This document shows, in pieces, positions 27,490 through 39,999 of a stretch of 64,000 nt of DNA (position 1 is the stretch's first letter; each line of letters starts with the position of its first letter). The stretch is taken from contig CAVVKJ010000008.1 of NCBI GenBank assembly GCA_963748815.1, positions 32,001-96,000 on the forward strand. The letters run 5' to 3'. Both the position numbers and the translations under genes were made by a program. Origin of the DNA: an uncultured Gemmatimonadales bacterium (GTDB lineage Bacteria > Gemmatimonadota > Gemmatimonadetes > Gemmatimonadales > GWC2-71-9). The notes under the pieces were generated by a model, which saw only the letters and a program-made list of their open reading frames with translations, searched no databases and was not told the origin of the DNA.

Positions 27490-29805
27490 TCATATCCTCG
27501 CATTGTAATTATTCAGCGACTCGTACTGATCCGGCCACGTGAGCGGATGCCCCAGCGCATACGCCGCGTGCCGGGTCCAGTACGGGTCCCAGAGATGCGC
27601 CCGCGCCATCAGCACCAGGTCGGCGCGGCCCGCCGCCAGGATCGCGTTCACGTCCTCGTGACTCTGGATGTTCCCCACCGCCATCGTCGCCACCCCCGCC
27701 TCGTGCCGGATCCGGTCGGCAAAGGGCGTCTGGAACGCCCGCCCATATATAGGACGCTGGTCGGGGATGGTCTGCCCCGCCGACACATCCACCGCGTCCA
27801 CCCCCGCCAGCCCGATGAGCCGCGCCACCTCGACCGATTCCTCTCCGGTGAGCCCGTCGGGATGCCAGTCGGTCGCCGAGACCCGCGCGGTGAGGGGCTT
27901 GGCGTCGGGCCACGCCGCGCGCACGGCGCGAATGACCTCGAGCGGGAAGCGCATCCGGCTCTCGAGCGACCCGCCGTACTCATCGGTGCGGCGGTTGGTG
28001 AGCGGACTGATGAAGCTCGCCAGCAGGTACCCATGCGCCAGGTGAATCTCGATCAGGTCGAATCCCGCCGTATCGGCCCGCCTGGCGGCCTCCACGAACT
28101 CGTCGCGTACCCGGTCCATCTCGGCGCGGGTCATGGCGCGGGGCACCTGGTTCTCTGGCTTCCACGGAATGGCGCTCGCCGACATGATCGGCCAGGCACC
28201 TTCCTCAAGGGGGACGTTGTCCCGGCTTCCACGGAATGGCGCTCGCCGACATGATCGGCCAGGCCCCCGCAGGCAGCGGCTCGTTGTCGCCCTCCCACAT
28301 CAGTTTCGTCGCCGCCTTCCGCCCCGCGTGCCCCAGCTGCATCCCCATGCGCGTGTCCGGCGCATGCTCGCGCACGAAGTCCACGATCCGCTTCCACGCC
28401 GTCAGCTGCGCGTCGTTGTACATCCCGGTGCACCCCGGCGTGATCCTTCCCTCCGCGCTGACATCGGTCATCTCGGTCATGACCAGCCCCGCGCCGCCGA
28501 TGGCTCTGCTGGCGAGATGCTGCAGGTGCCAGTCGTTCGGCACGCCGTCCACCGCGGAGTACTGGCACATCGGCGACACCACGATGCGGTTGCTCAGGCG
28601 CATCCCGCGCAGGTGATACGGCGTCAGGAAGGGCGGGGGACTGGTCTTCCCCTGGCACCGGCTGCGACTCCCGCCTTGTCGGCGTACCACCGCTCCACCC
28701 GCTCCACGAACGCCGGATCGCGCGTGCGGAGGTTCTCGTGGGTAATGCGGAGGCTCCGCGTGAGAAGGCTGTAGGCAAACTGCAGCGGCTCGAGGTCGTC
28801 GTACCGCTCCGTCGCCTCGAACCACTCGAGGCTGGCCTGCGCCGCGCGCTGCACGCTCTCCACCCCTGGCCGCCGCTCTGTCTCGTACGTCTTGAGCGCC
28901 GCCGCCACATCCTTGGCTCCCTGCAGCACACGGCTCAACTCGATGGCATCCTCCATTGCCAGCTTCGTCCCGCTCCCCACCGAGAAATGCGCCGTGTGCG
29001 CCGAGTCGCCCAGCAGCACCAGTCGTCCGTCGGCCCAGCTCCGGCACTTCACCGTGGGGAACTGCCGCCAGATGCTCCGGTTGGCGATGAGCCGGTGCCC
29101 CTCGAGTTCCTCCCTGAAGAGCGCCTCGCAGTACGCGATCGTCGCCGCCTCGTCGCCCTCTTCCAGTCCCGCCGCCCGCCATGCCGCATCCGTTGTTTCC
29201 ACGATGAACGTGGACTCCCCCTCGGCGTACTGGTACGCGTGCGCCCGCCAGAGGCCGTGCGCGTTCTGCCGGAAGGAGAAGAAGAAGCTGGGGAAGGGAC
29301 GGGTGGTGCCGAGCCAGACGAACCGGTTCGGGCGCATGTCGACGGTGGCGCCGAAGGACGCTGCGCGCGCCTCGCGGATGGCGCTGTTGACGCCGTCCGC
29401 CGCCACGACCAGGTCGTGCGTCTCCAGCAGCTCCTCGACCGGCGGCGCCTCGGTGAGCTCCCGCACCTCGGCACCCAGCGCCTTCGCGCGCTCGAACAGG
29501 ATCTCGAGCAGCACCTTCCGGGAGACGCCGCTGAAGCCGTGGCCGCCCGAGGTGATGCACTCGCCGTTGATGTGGACGTCGATGTCGCCCCACCGGTGCA
29601 TCACCGCCGACATCGCCGCATGCGTCACGTCGTCCGCCTCGGCGAGGATCCCCTCGGTCGCGTCGGAGAGCACCACGCCGAACCCGAAGGTGTCCTCGAT
29701 CCGGTTCCGCTCGTAGACGGTCACGTGGGTGGATGGATCGGCCCGACGGAGCAGGATGGCCAGGTAGAGCCCCCCCGGCCCGCCGCCGATGATGGCGACC
29801 TTCAT
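27490..29805 (-). CDS. Bifunctional anthraniloyl/salicylyl-CoA monooxygenase-reductase (AbmA-like); frame disrupted near 28650 and 28160-28265
   Basis: [15 protein letters not shown] and [22 protein letters not shown], followed by an OYE-type domain ([33 protein letters not shown]). Confidence 0.88.
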
Positions 29806-30948
29806 GCGCCGCCCAGCACTTCCCGCGCAATCAGGAGCCGCTGGATTTCGGTGGTTCCCTCGTAGATTCGCAGCGACCGCACCGCCCGGTACAGCTTGTC
29901 CACCGGGTGCGAGGCCAGCACGCCGCGGCCGCCGAGCAGCTGCACGGCGCCGTCGACGATGCGCTGGGCCGCCTCGGTGGCGTAGCTCTTGGCCATCGCG
30001 GACTCCAGGGTGACGCGCTCCGCGCCCCGATCCTTGGCCCACACCGCGCGGTACACAAGCAAGCGCGCCGCGTGGAGCTCGGTGGCCATCTGCGCAATCC
30101 GGTCCTGCGTCAGCTGGAACTCGGCCAGCGGCTTCCCGAACTGTTGCCGTTCGTTGACGTGCGCCACCGCCTCGTCGAGCGCGCGCGCCGCCATGCCGCA
30201 GGCCGCGGCACCGACCGTGGCGCGGAGCCGGTCCAGCGTGGCGAGCCCGAGCCCCAGCCCCCGCCCCGGTTCGCCGAGGATGTTGTCGGCGGGAATGCGG
30301 CAGCGCTCGAAGGAGAGCTCGCCCAAGGGATGCGGCGCGCTCATCACCTGTGCGCCGGCAAACACCAGCCCCGGCGCGCCGGCCGGCACCACGAAGGCCG
30401 AGATCCCCTTGGCGCCCTTCGACCGGTCGGTCGAGGCGAAGACGGTGTACACGTCGGCGATGCCGGCGTTCGAGATGAACGCCTTCCGCCCCTCGAGCAC
30501 CCATTCCTTGCCGTCTCGCGTGGCGGTGGTGGTCATCGAGCCGACGTCGGAGCCGGCCTCGGGTTCCGTCATGGCGAAGCCGCACATGACCTCGCCGCCG
30601 TCGATGCGCGGGAGCCAGCGCTTCTGCATCTCCTCGTTCGCCGCTCAGGCGGATCGGCATCGAACCCAGCGCCTGCAGGGCGTACACCTCGTCGGCGAGC
30701 GGCGAGTGGTACGCCAGCCCCTCGCGGATCAGCGCCACCGCGCGGAGGTCGAGGGTGACCAGTGCCTCGCCCAGCCCCGCCTCGGCCAGCAGCGGCACGA
30801 GCGCACGGGCGCGGGTGCGCGCCGCCTTGTCGGTGTCAGGATCGGGGTGATCGGCCAGCGCTTCCTGGCCGAACGCAGCCACCGTCGCTGCCACATCGGC
30901 GTGGTGCGGCTCCAGGAACGCGGCGACCGCCTCGGAGTCGGGTCTCAT
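29802..30948 (-). CDS. Acyl-CoA dehydrogenase (frameshift near 30640)
   Basis: [30 protein letters not shown]. Confidence 0.9.
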
Positions 30949-31743
30949 GGGAACTTCGGGTCCCGCTTCTGGGTGAACGCCTGGTACCCCTCCATGTAGT
31001 CGGGGCCGAGCATCAGCTGCGCCTGCGCCTCCGCCTCGTGGTCGAGTCCCGACTCGAGGTCGAGCTCCGCCTCGAGGTCGATCGCCTCCTTGGTGGCGGC
31101 GAGCGCCTCGCGCGGCCCACGCGCCAGCTTCTCGGCCAGGGCGATGGCGGCCGGCATCACGTCCCCCTCCACCACCTGGTGGTAGAGGCCAATCTCCTTC
31201 GCGCGGGCGGGGGAGGTGAACTCGCCGAGCATCAGCATCTCGGTGGCCATGCTGTGCCCCACCAGCCGGGGCAGGAGCCAGGCCGCGCCCATGTCGGCAC
31301 CGGAGAGCCCCACGCGCACGAAGAGGATAGGCGATCTTCGCCTTCTCGTTGGCCACCCGGAAGTCGCAGGCGCTGGCAATGACGGCGCCCGCCCCGGCCA
31401 CCGTCCCGTTGAGCCCGGCCACCACCGGCCGCGGGCAGCGGCGGATCGAGAGGATCAGGTCGCAGGTCAACCGGGTGAAGGCGCGGAGCTCGTCGATGTC
31501 CATCTCGAGCAGCGGCCCGATGATGTCCTCGACGTCGCCGCCGGAGCAGAACGCCCGCCCCGCCCCGGTGATGATCACCGACCGGACGTCCGGCTCTTCG
31601 CCGAGGGCGTTGAAGGTGTCGGTCAGCTCGCGGTACACCTCGAAGGTGAGCGCATTGAGCTTGTCAGGGCGGTTGAGGGTGATGGTCGCGACGCCGGTCG
31701 CCGCGTCGAGCGCGTAGAGGAATGATGTCGGGCTGATCGTCAT
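30945..31743 (-). CDS. Enoyl-CoA hydratase family protein (frameshift near 31330)
   Basis: ITLNRPDKLNALT; AFCSGGDV; NGTVAGAG. Confidence 0.9.
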
Positions 31744-32156
31744 GCGGGCCTCCCGGCCTGCGCGGGAATCACCGCGGTGGTCTCCATCTCGAGGAGCGCG
31801 TGCTCGTCGAGCAGCGCCGACACCTCCACCAGCGCCATGGCCGGGTAGTGCCGCCCCATCAGTTCCTTCCAGATGCCGCCCAGCGCCCGGCGCGCGTCGC
31901 GGTACTCCTCCATGTCGAGCACGTACACCGTCATCCGCCCGATATCGGTGGGCTGCCCGCCGGCCGCGCGCACCACCGCGAGCGAGTTGGTCAGCGCCCG
32001 CTGGAACTGGGTCACGAAGTCGGCGGGGTGCACCGTGCCGGAGGCGTCGCTCGCCGTCTGGCCCGCCACGAAGAGCGTCCGACCGCCGGCCGGGGCCAGC
32101 AGGCCGTCGTTCCAGCCCTTCGGCTGGCCGCGCGGGTTGATGATCTCCCAGCTCAT
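31740..32156 (-). CDS. RidA/YjgF family protein
   Basis: LFVAGQ; HYPAMALVEVSAL..LLEMETTA. Confidence 0.9.
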   Translation of the reverse strand: MSWEIINPRGQPKGWNDGLLAPAGGRTLFVAGQTASDASGTVHPADFVTQFQRALTNSLAVVRAAGGQPTDIGRMTVYVLDMEEYRDARRALGGIWKELMGRHYPAMALVEVSALLDEHALLEMETTAVIPAQAGRPA

Positions 32157-32157
32157 G

Positions 32158-32928
32158 CTACGCCTCCCTGCCGTCGATGACGACGGCCTCTCCGTTGCGG
32201 TCGCCCGACGCGTCGGTCACCTGCGCCAGGACCGCGGCGGCGACTTCCTCCGGCTGCACCATCCGTCCCCCCGGCATCGTGGCCAGGAGGGCGGCGCGCG
32301 CCTCCTCGGCGCTCTTGCCCGTTTTCCGCACGATGTTGGCGATGGTGGTTTCGGTCATCGGGGTGTCGACATACCCCGGGCAGACGGCGTTGACGGTGAC
32401 GCCGGTGCCCGTGAGCTCCGCCGCGGCCGCGCGTGTGAGCCCGACCAGCGCGTGCTTGCTCGCCACGTACGCGGAGATGTACCGCGCCCCCTCCAGCCCC
32501 GCCACGCTGGCCACGTTCACGACCCGCCCCCACTTCCGCTCCAGCATGTCGGGCAGGAACGCCTGCAGGCAGAGGAAGGCGCCGGTCGCGTTGATCCGGA
32601 TCATCTTCTCCCAGTCGTCCAGGCTGGTGCGCAGGATCGACGCCGACTCCGCGACGCCGGCGTTGTTCACCAGGATGTCCACCGGCCCCAGCTTCTCCTT
32701 GGCGATGGCGGCGAGGCGGGTGATGGCGGCGGGGTCGGTGACGTCGCACGCCGCCCCCCAGACGTTGCGGCCTTCCTGGCGCAGTTCCTCCGCCTGGCGC
32801 TCGAGCTTGCTGAGCGTGCGACCGGAAATGACCACCGACGCGCCGGCGTCGGCCAGCGCGCGCGCCACCGCCGCGCCGATCCCCTGGCCGCCCCCCGTCA
32901 CCACCGCCGTCTTGCCATCGAGTCGCAT
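32158..32928 (-). CDS. SDR family oxidoreductase
   Basis: TGGGQGIG; NNAG; YVASK. Confidence 0.93.
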   Translation of the reverse strand: MRLDGKTAVVTGGGQGIGAAVARALADAGASVVISGRTLSKLERQAEELRQEGRNVWGAACDVTDPAAITRLAAIAKEKLGPVDILVNNAGVAESASILRTSLDDWEKMIRINATGAFLCLQAFLPDMLERKWGRVVNVASVAGLEGARYISAYVASKHALVGLTRAAAAELTGTGVTVNAVCPGYVDTPMTETTIANIVRKTGKSAEEARAALLATMPGGRMVQPEEVAAAVLAQVTDASGDRNGEAVVIDGREA

Positions 32929-32940
32929 CCGGGTACTCTC

Positions 32941-33694
32941 TCAGTCAGTCTGGAGCAGGGGAAGGGCGGCCTCTTCGAGAATGGCGCCCAGCGCGTCGAT
33001 CAGGCCGCGACCCTCGGCGGCGGAGGCGTCGGCGGGCCAGCCGAAGTAGGCCCGCGGCCCTCCCGCCTCGGCAAAGGTGCCCTGGCCGGCGCGGATCGCC
33101 ACCGAGAGCGAGTTCGGGTTCGGTGGGAGCTCCACGCGGATGTCGCGCACCAGCTCCGGCCGCTCCGCCAGCACGATCGAGGTCTCGAACCGCCCCGCGT
33201 GGCAGGCGCCGGTCTGGAACTCCTCGCCCAGCCGCTGGGACCACGGCTTGCGCGCGAGGTTGGGGAAGGCCACCCGCATCCCGTCGGCGCGGATCGTCTC
33301 GACCGCCTCGGCGCACGGCGCCTAGATGCTCCGGGTCGAGATGGGCGCTCACCACCACCATCCTGGTGAACCCTTGGGCGGCGAGGGCGTCGGCGACATC
33401 TTCCAGCAGCGCCACGAGGGTGGCGGGCCGCACGCCGATCGTGCCGGGGAAGGCGGCCGCGAATGGCGCAGGGGTCAGGGCGACCGTCGGGAGCACCACC
33501 GCCGTCACGCCCCGGGCGGACAGGCGCTCCGCGCCGACCCGGGCCATCGCCTCGACGATGATCACGTCGGTGGAAAGCGGCAGGTGGGGGCCGTGCGCCT
33601 CGGTGGCGCCGAGCGGGACGATGGCCACCGCGCGGGACCGGTCCAGCGCCGCGACCTCCTCGTATGTTGCCGTGGCGAGCCAGCACACCGTCAT
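32941..33694 (-). CDS. Creatininase/MftE-like amidohydrolase (frameshift near 33310)
   Basis: PLGATEAHGPHLPLSTD; FPGTI; HAGRFETS. Confidence 0.85.
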
Positions 33695-33724
33695 CCGAAC
33701 CTCGTTCCATCCGGGAGTCCGCCC

Positions 33725-35242
33725 GTGACGTTTGAACCGCCGGAGCGCTTCAATATCGCCGATCACCTGCTCGATGCGCGCATCCGCGAGGGGCGCGGGT
33801 CGCGCGTGGCGCTGGTGACCGATCAGCGGACCTGGAGCTATCGGGACGTGCAGGACCTGGCCAACCGCTACGGCAACCTGCTCAGGGAGGCGGGGGTGAT
33901 GCCGGAGCAGCGGGTCATCATCGCCCTGCCCGACGGGCCGGAGTTCGTGGCGGCGCTGTTCGGCATCTTGAAGATCGGGGCAGTGGTGGTGATGGTCAAC
34001 CCGGACCTCAAACCCGACGCCATCTCCTATTTCTATCAGTACACCCGCGCCCGGGTCGCCTTCGTCCACCCGGGCAACCGCGAGGCGTTCGAGGCGGCCC
34101 GCGTCGAGGCGCCCCTCCTGGCCGAATTGATGGTGGTCGGCACCGAAACGCTCGACCGCCGGCTGGAAGCGCAGTCCCTGGATATGGAGTCCTTCCCCAG
34201 CCATCGCGACGATGCCTGCATCTGGCTTTTTTCCGGCGGCACCACCGGGCAGCCGAAGGCGGTGCAGCAGAGCCACTGGAGCTTTGCCCACACCACCGCC
34301 TGCTACGGGCAGGGCGTCCTGGGGCTCACGGAGGACGACGTCACCATGTCGGTGCCGAAGCTCTTCTTCGGCTATGCGATGGGCACCAACCTTTTCTTTC
34401 CCTTCTCGGTCGGTGCCCGGAGCGTGCTCTTTCCCGACAAGCCGACGCCGGAACTTCTCTTCGAGGAGATCGCGAAGCATCGGCCCACGGTGTTGGTGAA
34501 CGTCCCCACGATGGTCAACCACATGGTGACCCACCCCGCCGCCGCCACCGCCGACCTCTCCTCGCTGCGCCTCGCCACGTCGGCCGGGGAGGCGCTGCCG
34601 GTCGAACTCTACGACCGGTGGAAGGCCGCGTTCGGAGTGGAACTCCTCGACGGGCTCGGCACCGCCGAGATGTGGCATGTCTTCATTTCGTCCAAGCTCG
34701 GGGCCGTTCGGCCCGGGACGATGGGGACGGTGGTCGAGGGGTTCGAGGTGCGGGTGACCGACGACGACGGGAATCCGTTGCCCGACGGCGAGGTCGGCTG
34801 GCTCCGGGTGCGGGGGAACGCCCGCGCCATCGGCTACTGGCAGCAGATGGAGAAGACGGCGCAGGCCTTCCAGGGGGAATGGTACGTGTCGGGGGACATG
34901 ATCCGACGCGACGGCGACGGGTACTTCACCTACTGTGGTCGCGGCGACGACATGCTCAAGGTGGGGGGCCGCTGGCTGGCGCCGCAGGAGGTGGAGAACT
35001 GCCTGCTGCAGCACCCGGCGGTCAAGGAAGCGGCGGTCGTGGGGGTGGTGGACGGGCAGGGGCTCACCAAGCCGCACGCCTTCGTGATCGCGAAGAAGCA
35101 GACGGCCGGCCTGGATGAGGAGCTCAAGGCCTTTGTCCGGGAGCGGCTGGAGCCGTACAAGGCACCAAGAGAGGTTGTCTTCCTGGATGACTTCCCGCGG
35201 ACCCACCTCGGCAAGGTGGATAGGGGAAGCTGCGTGGACTGA
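33725..35242 (+). CDS. Benzoate/aminobenzoate-CoA ligase family
   Basis: FSGGTTGQPK; KLFFGYAMG; SAGEALP; DGLGTAEM; GRGDDMLKVGG. Confidence 0.9.
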   Translation: MTFEPPERFNIADHLLDARIREGRGSRVALVTDQRTWSYRDVQDLANRYGNLLREAGVMPEQRVIIALPDGPEFVAALFGILKIGAVVVMVNPDLKPDAISYFYQYTRARVAFVHPGNREAFEAARVEAPLLAELMVVGTETLDRRLEAQSLDMESFPSHRDDACIWLFSGGTTGQPKAVQQSHWSFAHTTACYGQGVLGLTEDDVTMSVPKLFFGYAMGTNLFFPFSVGARSVLFPDKPTPELLFEEIAKHRPTVLVNVPTMVNHMVTHPAAATADLSSLRLATSAGEALPVELYDRWKAAFGVELLDGLGTAEMWHVFISSKLGAVRPGTMGTVVEGFEVRVTDDDGNPLPDGEVGWLRVRGNARAIGYWQQMEKTAQAFQGEWYVSGDMIRRDGDGYFTYCGRGDDMLKVGGRWLAPQEVENCLLQHPAVKEAAVVGVVDGQGLTKPHAFVIAKKQTAGLDEELKAFVRERLEPYKAPREVVFLDDFPRTHLGKVDRGSCVD

Positions 35243-35285
35243 GGACCGAGGCCTGACGACACATCGGGGCGGGAAGATTGGACCG

Positions 35286-35356
35286 CCGTCATCCCGGCGA
35301 AAGCCGGGATCCAGTTGCGCAGGAACACTGGACCCCGGCCTTCGCCGGGGTGACAG
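35286..35356. repeat. Inverted pair of REP-like elements
   Basis: GTCATCCCGGCGAAAGCCGGGATCCA ... TGGACCCCGGCCTTCGCCGGGGTGAC. Confidence 0.8.
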
Positions 35357-35403
35357 CTGGGTTCTTCCCCGCTTCCCCGCCGTTGTATTACCCTTCAGAG
35401 ACA

Positions 35404-35495
35404 CCGCCAGGGGCATCCCCGCGCACGTCGGCGCGACGGATTGAGACGATACCCTTGGAACCTGATCCGGCTCATACCGGCGAAGGGAGCGCGGC
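35404..35495 (+). ncRNA. TPP riboswitch
   Basis: AGGGG...TGAGA...ATACCCTTGGAACCTGATCCGG...ATACCGGCGAAGGGA directly upstream of thiC. Confidence 0.9.
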
Positions 35496-37176
<1,681 letters not shown>

Positions 37177-37187
37177 CCGGAGGCACC

Positions 37188-38251
37188 ATGACCGGACGGA
37201 TGGATGCCCAGGCGCGGGCCGACCGTGTCCGCGCCTTCCAGGAGGAGCTGGCCGAGCTCGAATCCGAACTCGGCGGGGTCCTCGACGATGCCCAGCGGGA
37301 ACGCGTCGCCCGGCACCACGAGCAGCTCCTCGCCGAGCTGGCCCGTCAGTACGATGTCGCCACCACCACTTCCGGCCGCCAGCTCGCCCTCGGCCTCCGC
37401 TTCGCCTCCTTCCTCGGCGCGCTCGCCCTCTGCATCGCGGTGGTGCTCTTCGTCGAGCGGTTCTGGGGCGGACTCTCGACCGGCGGGCAGGTCAGTCCCT
37501 GCTCGCGCTCGGCGACCGCCTCGATGCTCGGCCTCACCGAGTTTGCCGCCCGCCGAGAGAAGACCCTCTACTTCGCGGGGCTGGCGGCGCTGGTGGCCTT
37601 CGCCGCCTTCGTCACCGACGTCGCGACGCTGCGCCAGGTCTACAATGTCACGCTCGTCACCAAGGGAGTTTCTGCTCTGGGCCGTCTTCGGCAGCGGCGC
37701 TCGCCTACGGGTACGGACTCCGGATGCTCCTCCTCGCCGCGCTCGTCACCGGGTCGATCTGGGTGGCGGGGACGCTGGCCACCCTGGGCGGATTCTTCTG
37801 GACCGACATCTTCATGCGCTCCGAGCTGTTCCTGCCGCCCGCCCTGCTCGCCGTCGGCCTCGGCATGGTGCGCCACACCGACCGGCGCGAGTCCTTCGGC
37901 GGCGTCTACCGGATCTTCGGACTCCTGCTGCTCTTCTGGTGTGTCATCTGGCTCGCGGCCAGCGGGCAGGGCAGCGTCCTGCCGCTCACGGTGCACCAGG
38001 TCGAGATCTTCTATCAGCTCCTCGGCTTCCTGGCGGCGGGGCTCACCATCTGGTATGGCATCCGGCGGGGGTGGAACGCCGTGACGAACACCGGGGTGGT
38101 GGCCTTTACCATCCTCCTCTACCTCAAGGCGACCGACTGGTGGTGGGACTGGATGCCGCGCTGGCTCTTCTTCCTGACCCTCGGCGCCATCGCGGTGGCG
38201 GTGATGCTCGTGCTTCGGCGACTCAAGACCCGCGTGGGGGAGGCCGCATGA
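37188..38251 (+). CDS. DUF2157-like membrane protein (frameshifted)
   Basis: AQARADRVRAFQEEL N-terminus; many TM segments; DWWWDWMP. Confidence 0.7.
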
Positions 38252-39030
38252 TGAACCGTGGCCTGCTGGCGGCCGGCGCCACGCTGGTCCTGGCCAACGC
38301 GATGATCCTCGGCGGGGTGATGCGGAACCGCAGCGGCAATCCTGACGCGGTCGTCCGGCTGAGCGAGCGGGAACTCGAAAGCTGGGGTCAAGTCTCGGAG
38401 GGGGCGGAGCCCCTGCTGGATCTTCGGCTCCGGTGGCAGACCGCCCCCGGTCCCGGCGGGACGCCGTGGTTTGATCGCGCGCGGCTCGAGGCGCTTGGCG
38501 AGCACAACCTCCCGTCGCCCGACGACACCACGCACACCTTTGGCTGGATGCGGCCCACGCGCCCCGGCTATGTCGTGCTTGAACTGGCGGGACCGGCGTG
38601 GGAGCGGTGGAGGGAGGCGGAGCGGGTGCGAATCGACTCGATGGCGGCCATGGCCGACTCCGGCCCTGACGGCGGAGCGCACGTCCATGGACCGCGGTCG
38701 GGAGCCTCCGGCAGTTCGCGCCTGATGGCCGTGGACTTTGGCCTCGATCCGCTGGTGCTGCGCGAGCAGTATCCGGAGCGGAGCCAGTACCTCATCCTGC
38801 CGGCCACCTATCGCGCCGACGTTACGGCCGCGGTGCGCGATTCGGCGGGCGCCATCACCGCGCCGGGCAAGGTCACGGGGGAGGTCAGCCAGCTGCTTCC
38901 GGGGACCGTCCACGTGCCGAGGCCGCTGCGGGATTCGCTCCTGGCCCTCGGCGCGGTGAAGCGGGATTCGACGACGCACTTCGAAGTGACGCTGAAGGTG
39001 GGGAAGAAGTGGGAGGCGTGGGTGGAGTGA
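38248..39030 (+). CDS. DUF4824-like protein
   Basis: NRSG.P...LSEREL; SRLMAVD.G.D...LR..YP; overlaps the upstream stop. Confidence 0.7.
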   Translation: MMNRGLLAAGATLVLANAMILGGVMRNRSGNPDAVVRLSERELESWGQVSEGAEPLLDLRLRWQTAPGPGGTPWFDRARLEALGEHNLPSPDDTTHTFGWMRPTRPGYVVLELAGPAWERWREAERVRIDSMAAMADSGPDGGAHVHGPRSGASGSSRLMAVDFGLDPLVLREQYPERSQYLILPATYRADVTAAVRDSAGAITAPGKVTGEVSQLLPGTVHVPRPLRDSLLALGAVKRDSTTHFEVTLKVGKKWEAWVE

Positions 39031-39072
39031 CGGCGGGGCAGGGGGGCCGCGGGGCGGGGAGGCAGGAGCATT

Positions 39073-39243
39073 CCGTCACCCCCGCGAAAACCGGGACAGC
39101 CGTCACCCCGGCGAAGGCCGGGGTCCAGTGTCGGGACATCGGAGTCTGGCAGTCGTTGAAAGCAGGGACAGCTGTCACCCCGGCGAAAGCCGGGGTCCAG
39201 TGTCGTTCCAGGAACATGGATCCCGGCTTTCGCCGGGATGACG
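39073..39243. repeat. Cluster of four REP-like elements
   Basis: GTCACCCCGGCGAA(A/G)GCCGGGGTCCA copies between convergent genes. Confidence 0.8.
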
Positions 39244-39268
39244 ACATTTCGGACCCGCGCTTCCCCGC

Positions 39269-39667
39269 CTAATCGCCTCTCTTGTACTTCTCGATCTCCC
39301 GCCGCTGCTTCTTGTTCGGCTTCCCCTTCTCCTGGAAGAGCGGTGGCGGCATCGCCTTGAGCCGCAGCGCCATCGATTCCCGCGCGGAGCGGCTGGCCGC
39401 GGTTTCCTCGTAGAGGGTAACGGCCACGCTGGCCGGCCCCCGCCGTTCGCTGAGCCCCCGCACCTCCACATCCCATTCATAGGGGGGCTGCCGGAACTGG
39501 ATCCGGTCCCCCACCCGCACCGCCTTGGAGCGCTTGGCGCCCTGGCCGTTCACGTCCACCTTGCCACCGTCGATGGCCTCGACCGCCAGCGCCCGGGTCT
39601 TGTAGAACCGCGCCGCCCACAGCCACTTGTCGAGCCGGACCGTCCCCGGCACCTCGCGTTCAGGCAT
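39269..39667 (-). CDS. hslR: Ribosome-associated heat shock protein Hsp15 (S4 domain)
   Basis: VRLDKWLWAARFYKTR.LA; LYEET; KPNKKQRR. Confidence 0.92.
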   Translation of the reverse strand: MPEREVPGTVRLDKWLWAARFYKTRALAVEAIDGGKVDVNGQGAKRSKAVRVGDRIQFRQPPYEWDVEVRGLSERRGPASVAVTLYEETAASRSARESMALRLKAMPPPLFQEKGKPNKKQRREIEKYKRGD

Positions 39668-39923
39668 GCCGGAAAGATACCGCCGGGCACCTCCCGGGCG
39701 TCCCCCCTCTCCATATTCATGGAGAGGGGACACGGGGGTGAGGCAGAACGGCGGGGCCGGGAGGCCGACGGCGTGGGGGGCCGACACACGACACGCAGTT
39801 CTGCCGACGCGTCCCTTAGCGACTTCAGCCGTGCCGCGGCGTCTGCCGTGCGACTCACTGGACCCCCGCCTTCGCGGGGGTGACGGCGGTCGATATCCTT
39901 CGCAGTCCGTCAGTCCCCCTTCC

Positions 39924-39954
39924 TTGACATCTTCCTTTGTCAACTATATAGTTG
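39924..39954 (+). promoter_or_regulatory. Sigma70 promoter with palindromic operator
   Basis: TTGACA-17-TATAGT; perfect palindrome CAACTATATAGTTG (39941-39954) over the -10. Confidence 0.75.
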
Positions 39955-39999
39955 TAGAATAATGAAAGGGCCCCGACGCCCAACCAAGGACATCATCGC

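Noticed and set aside
28624..31743. 1039-aa hydratase-monooxygenase fusion (likewise the 1491-aa ORF at 41347-45822)
   Set aside because: Chimeric frames created by frameshifts; each contains long non-protein-like stretches between recognisable gene parts.
35430..35450. TTGAGA instead of CTGAGA in the riboswitch as a novel-ligand variant
   Set aside because: The rest of the TPP consensus and the thiC context are intact, and the UGAGA core is retained.
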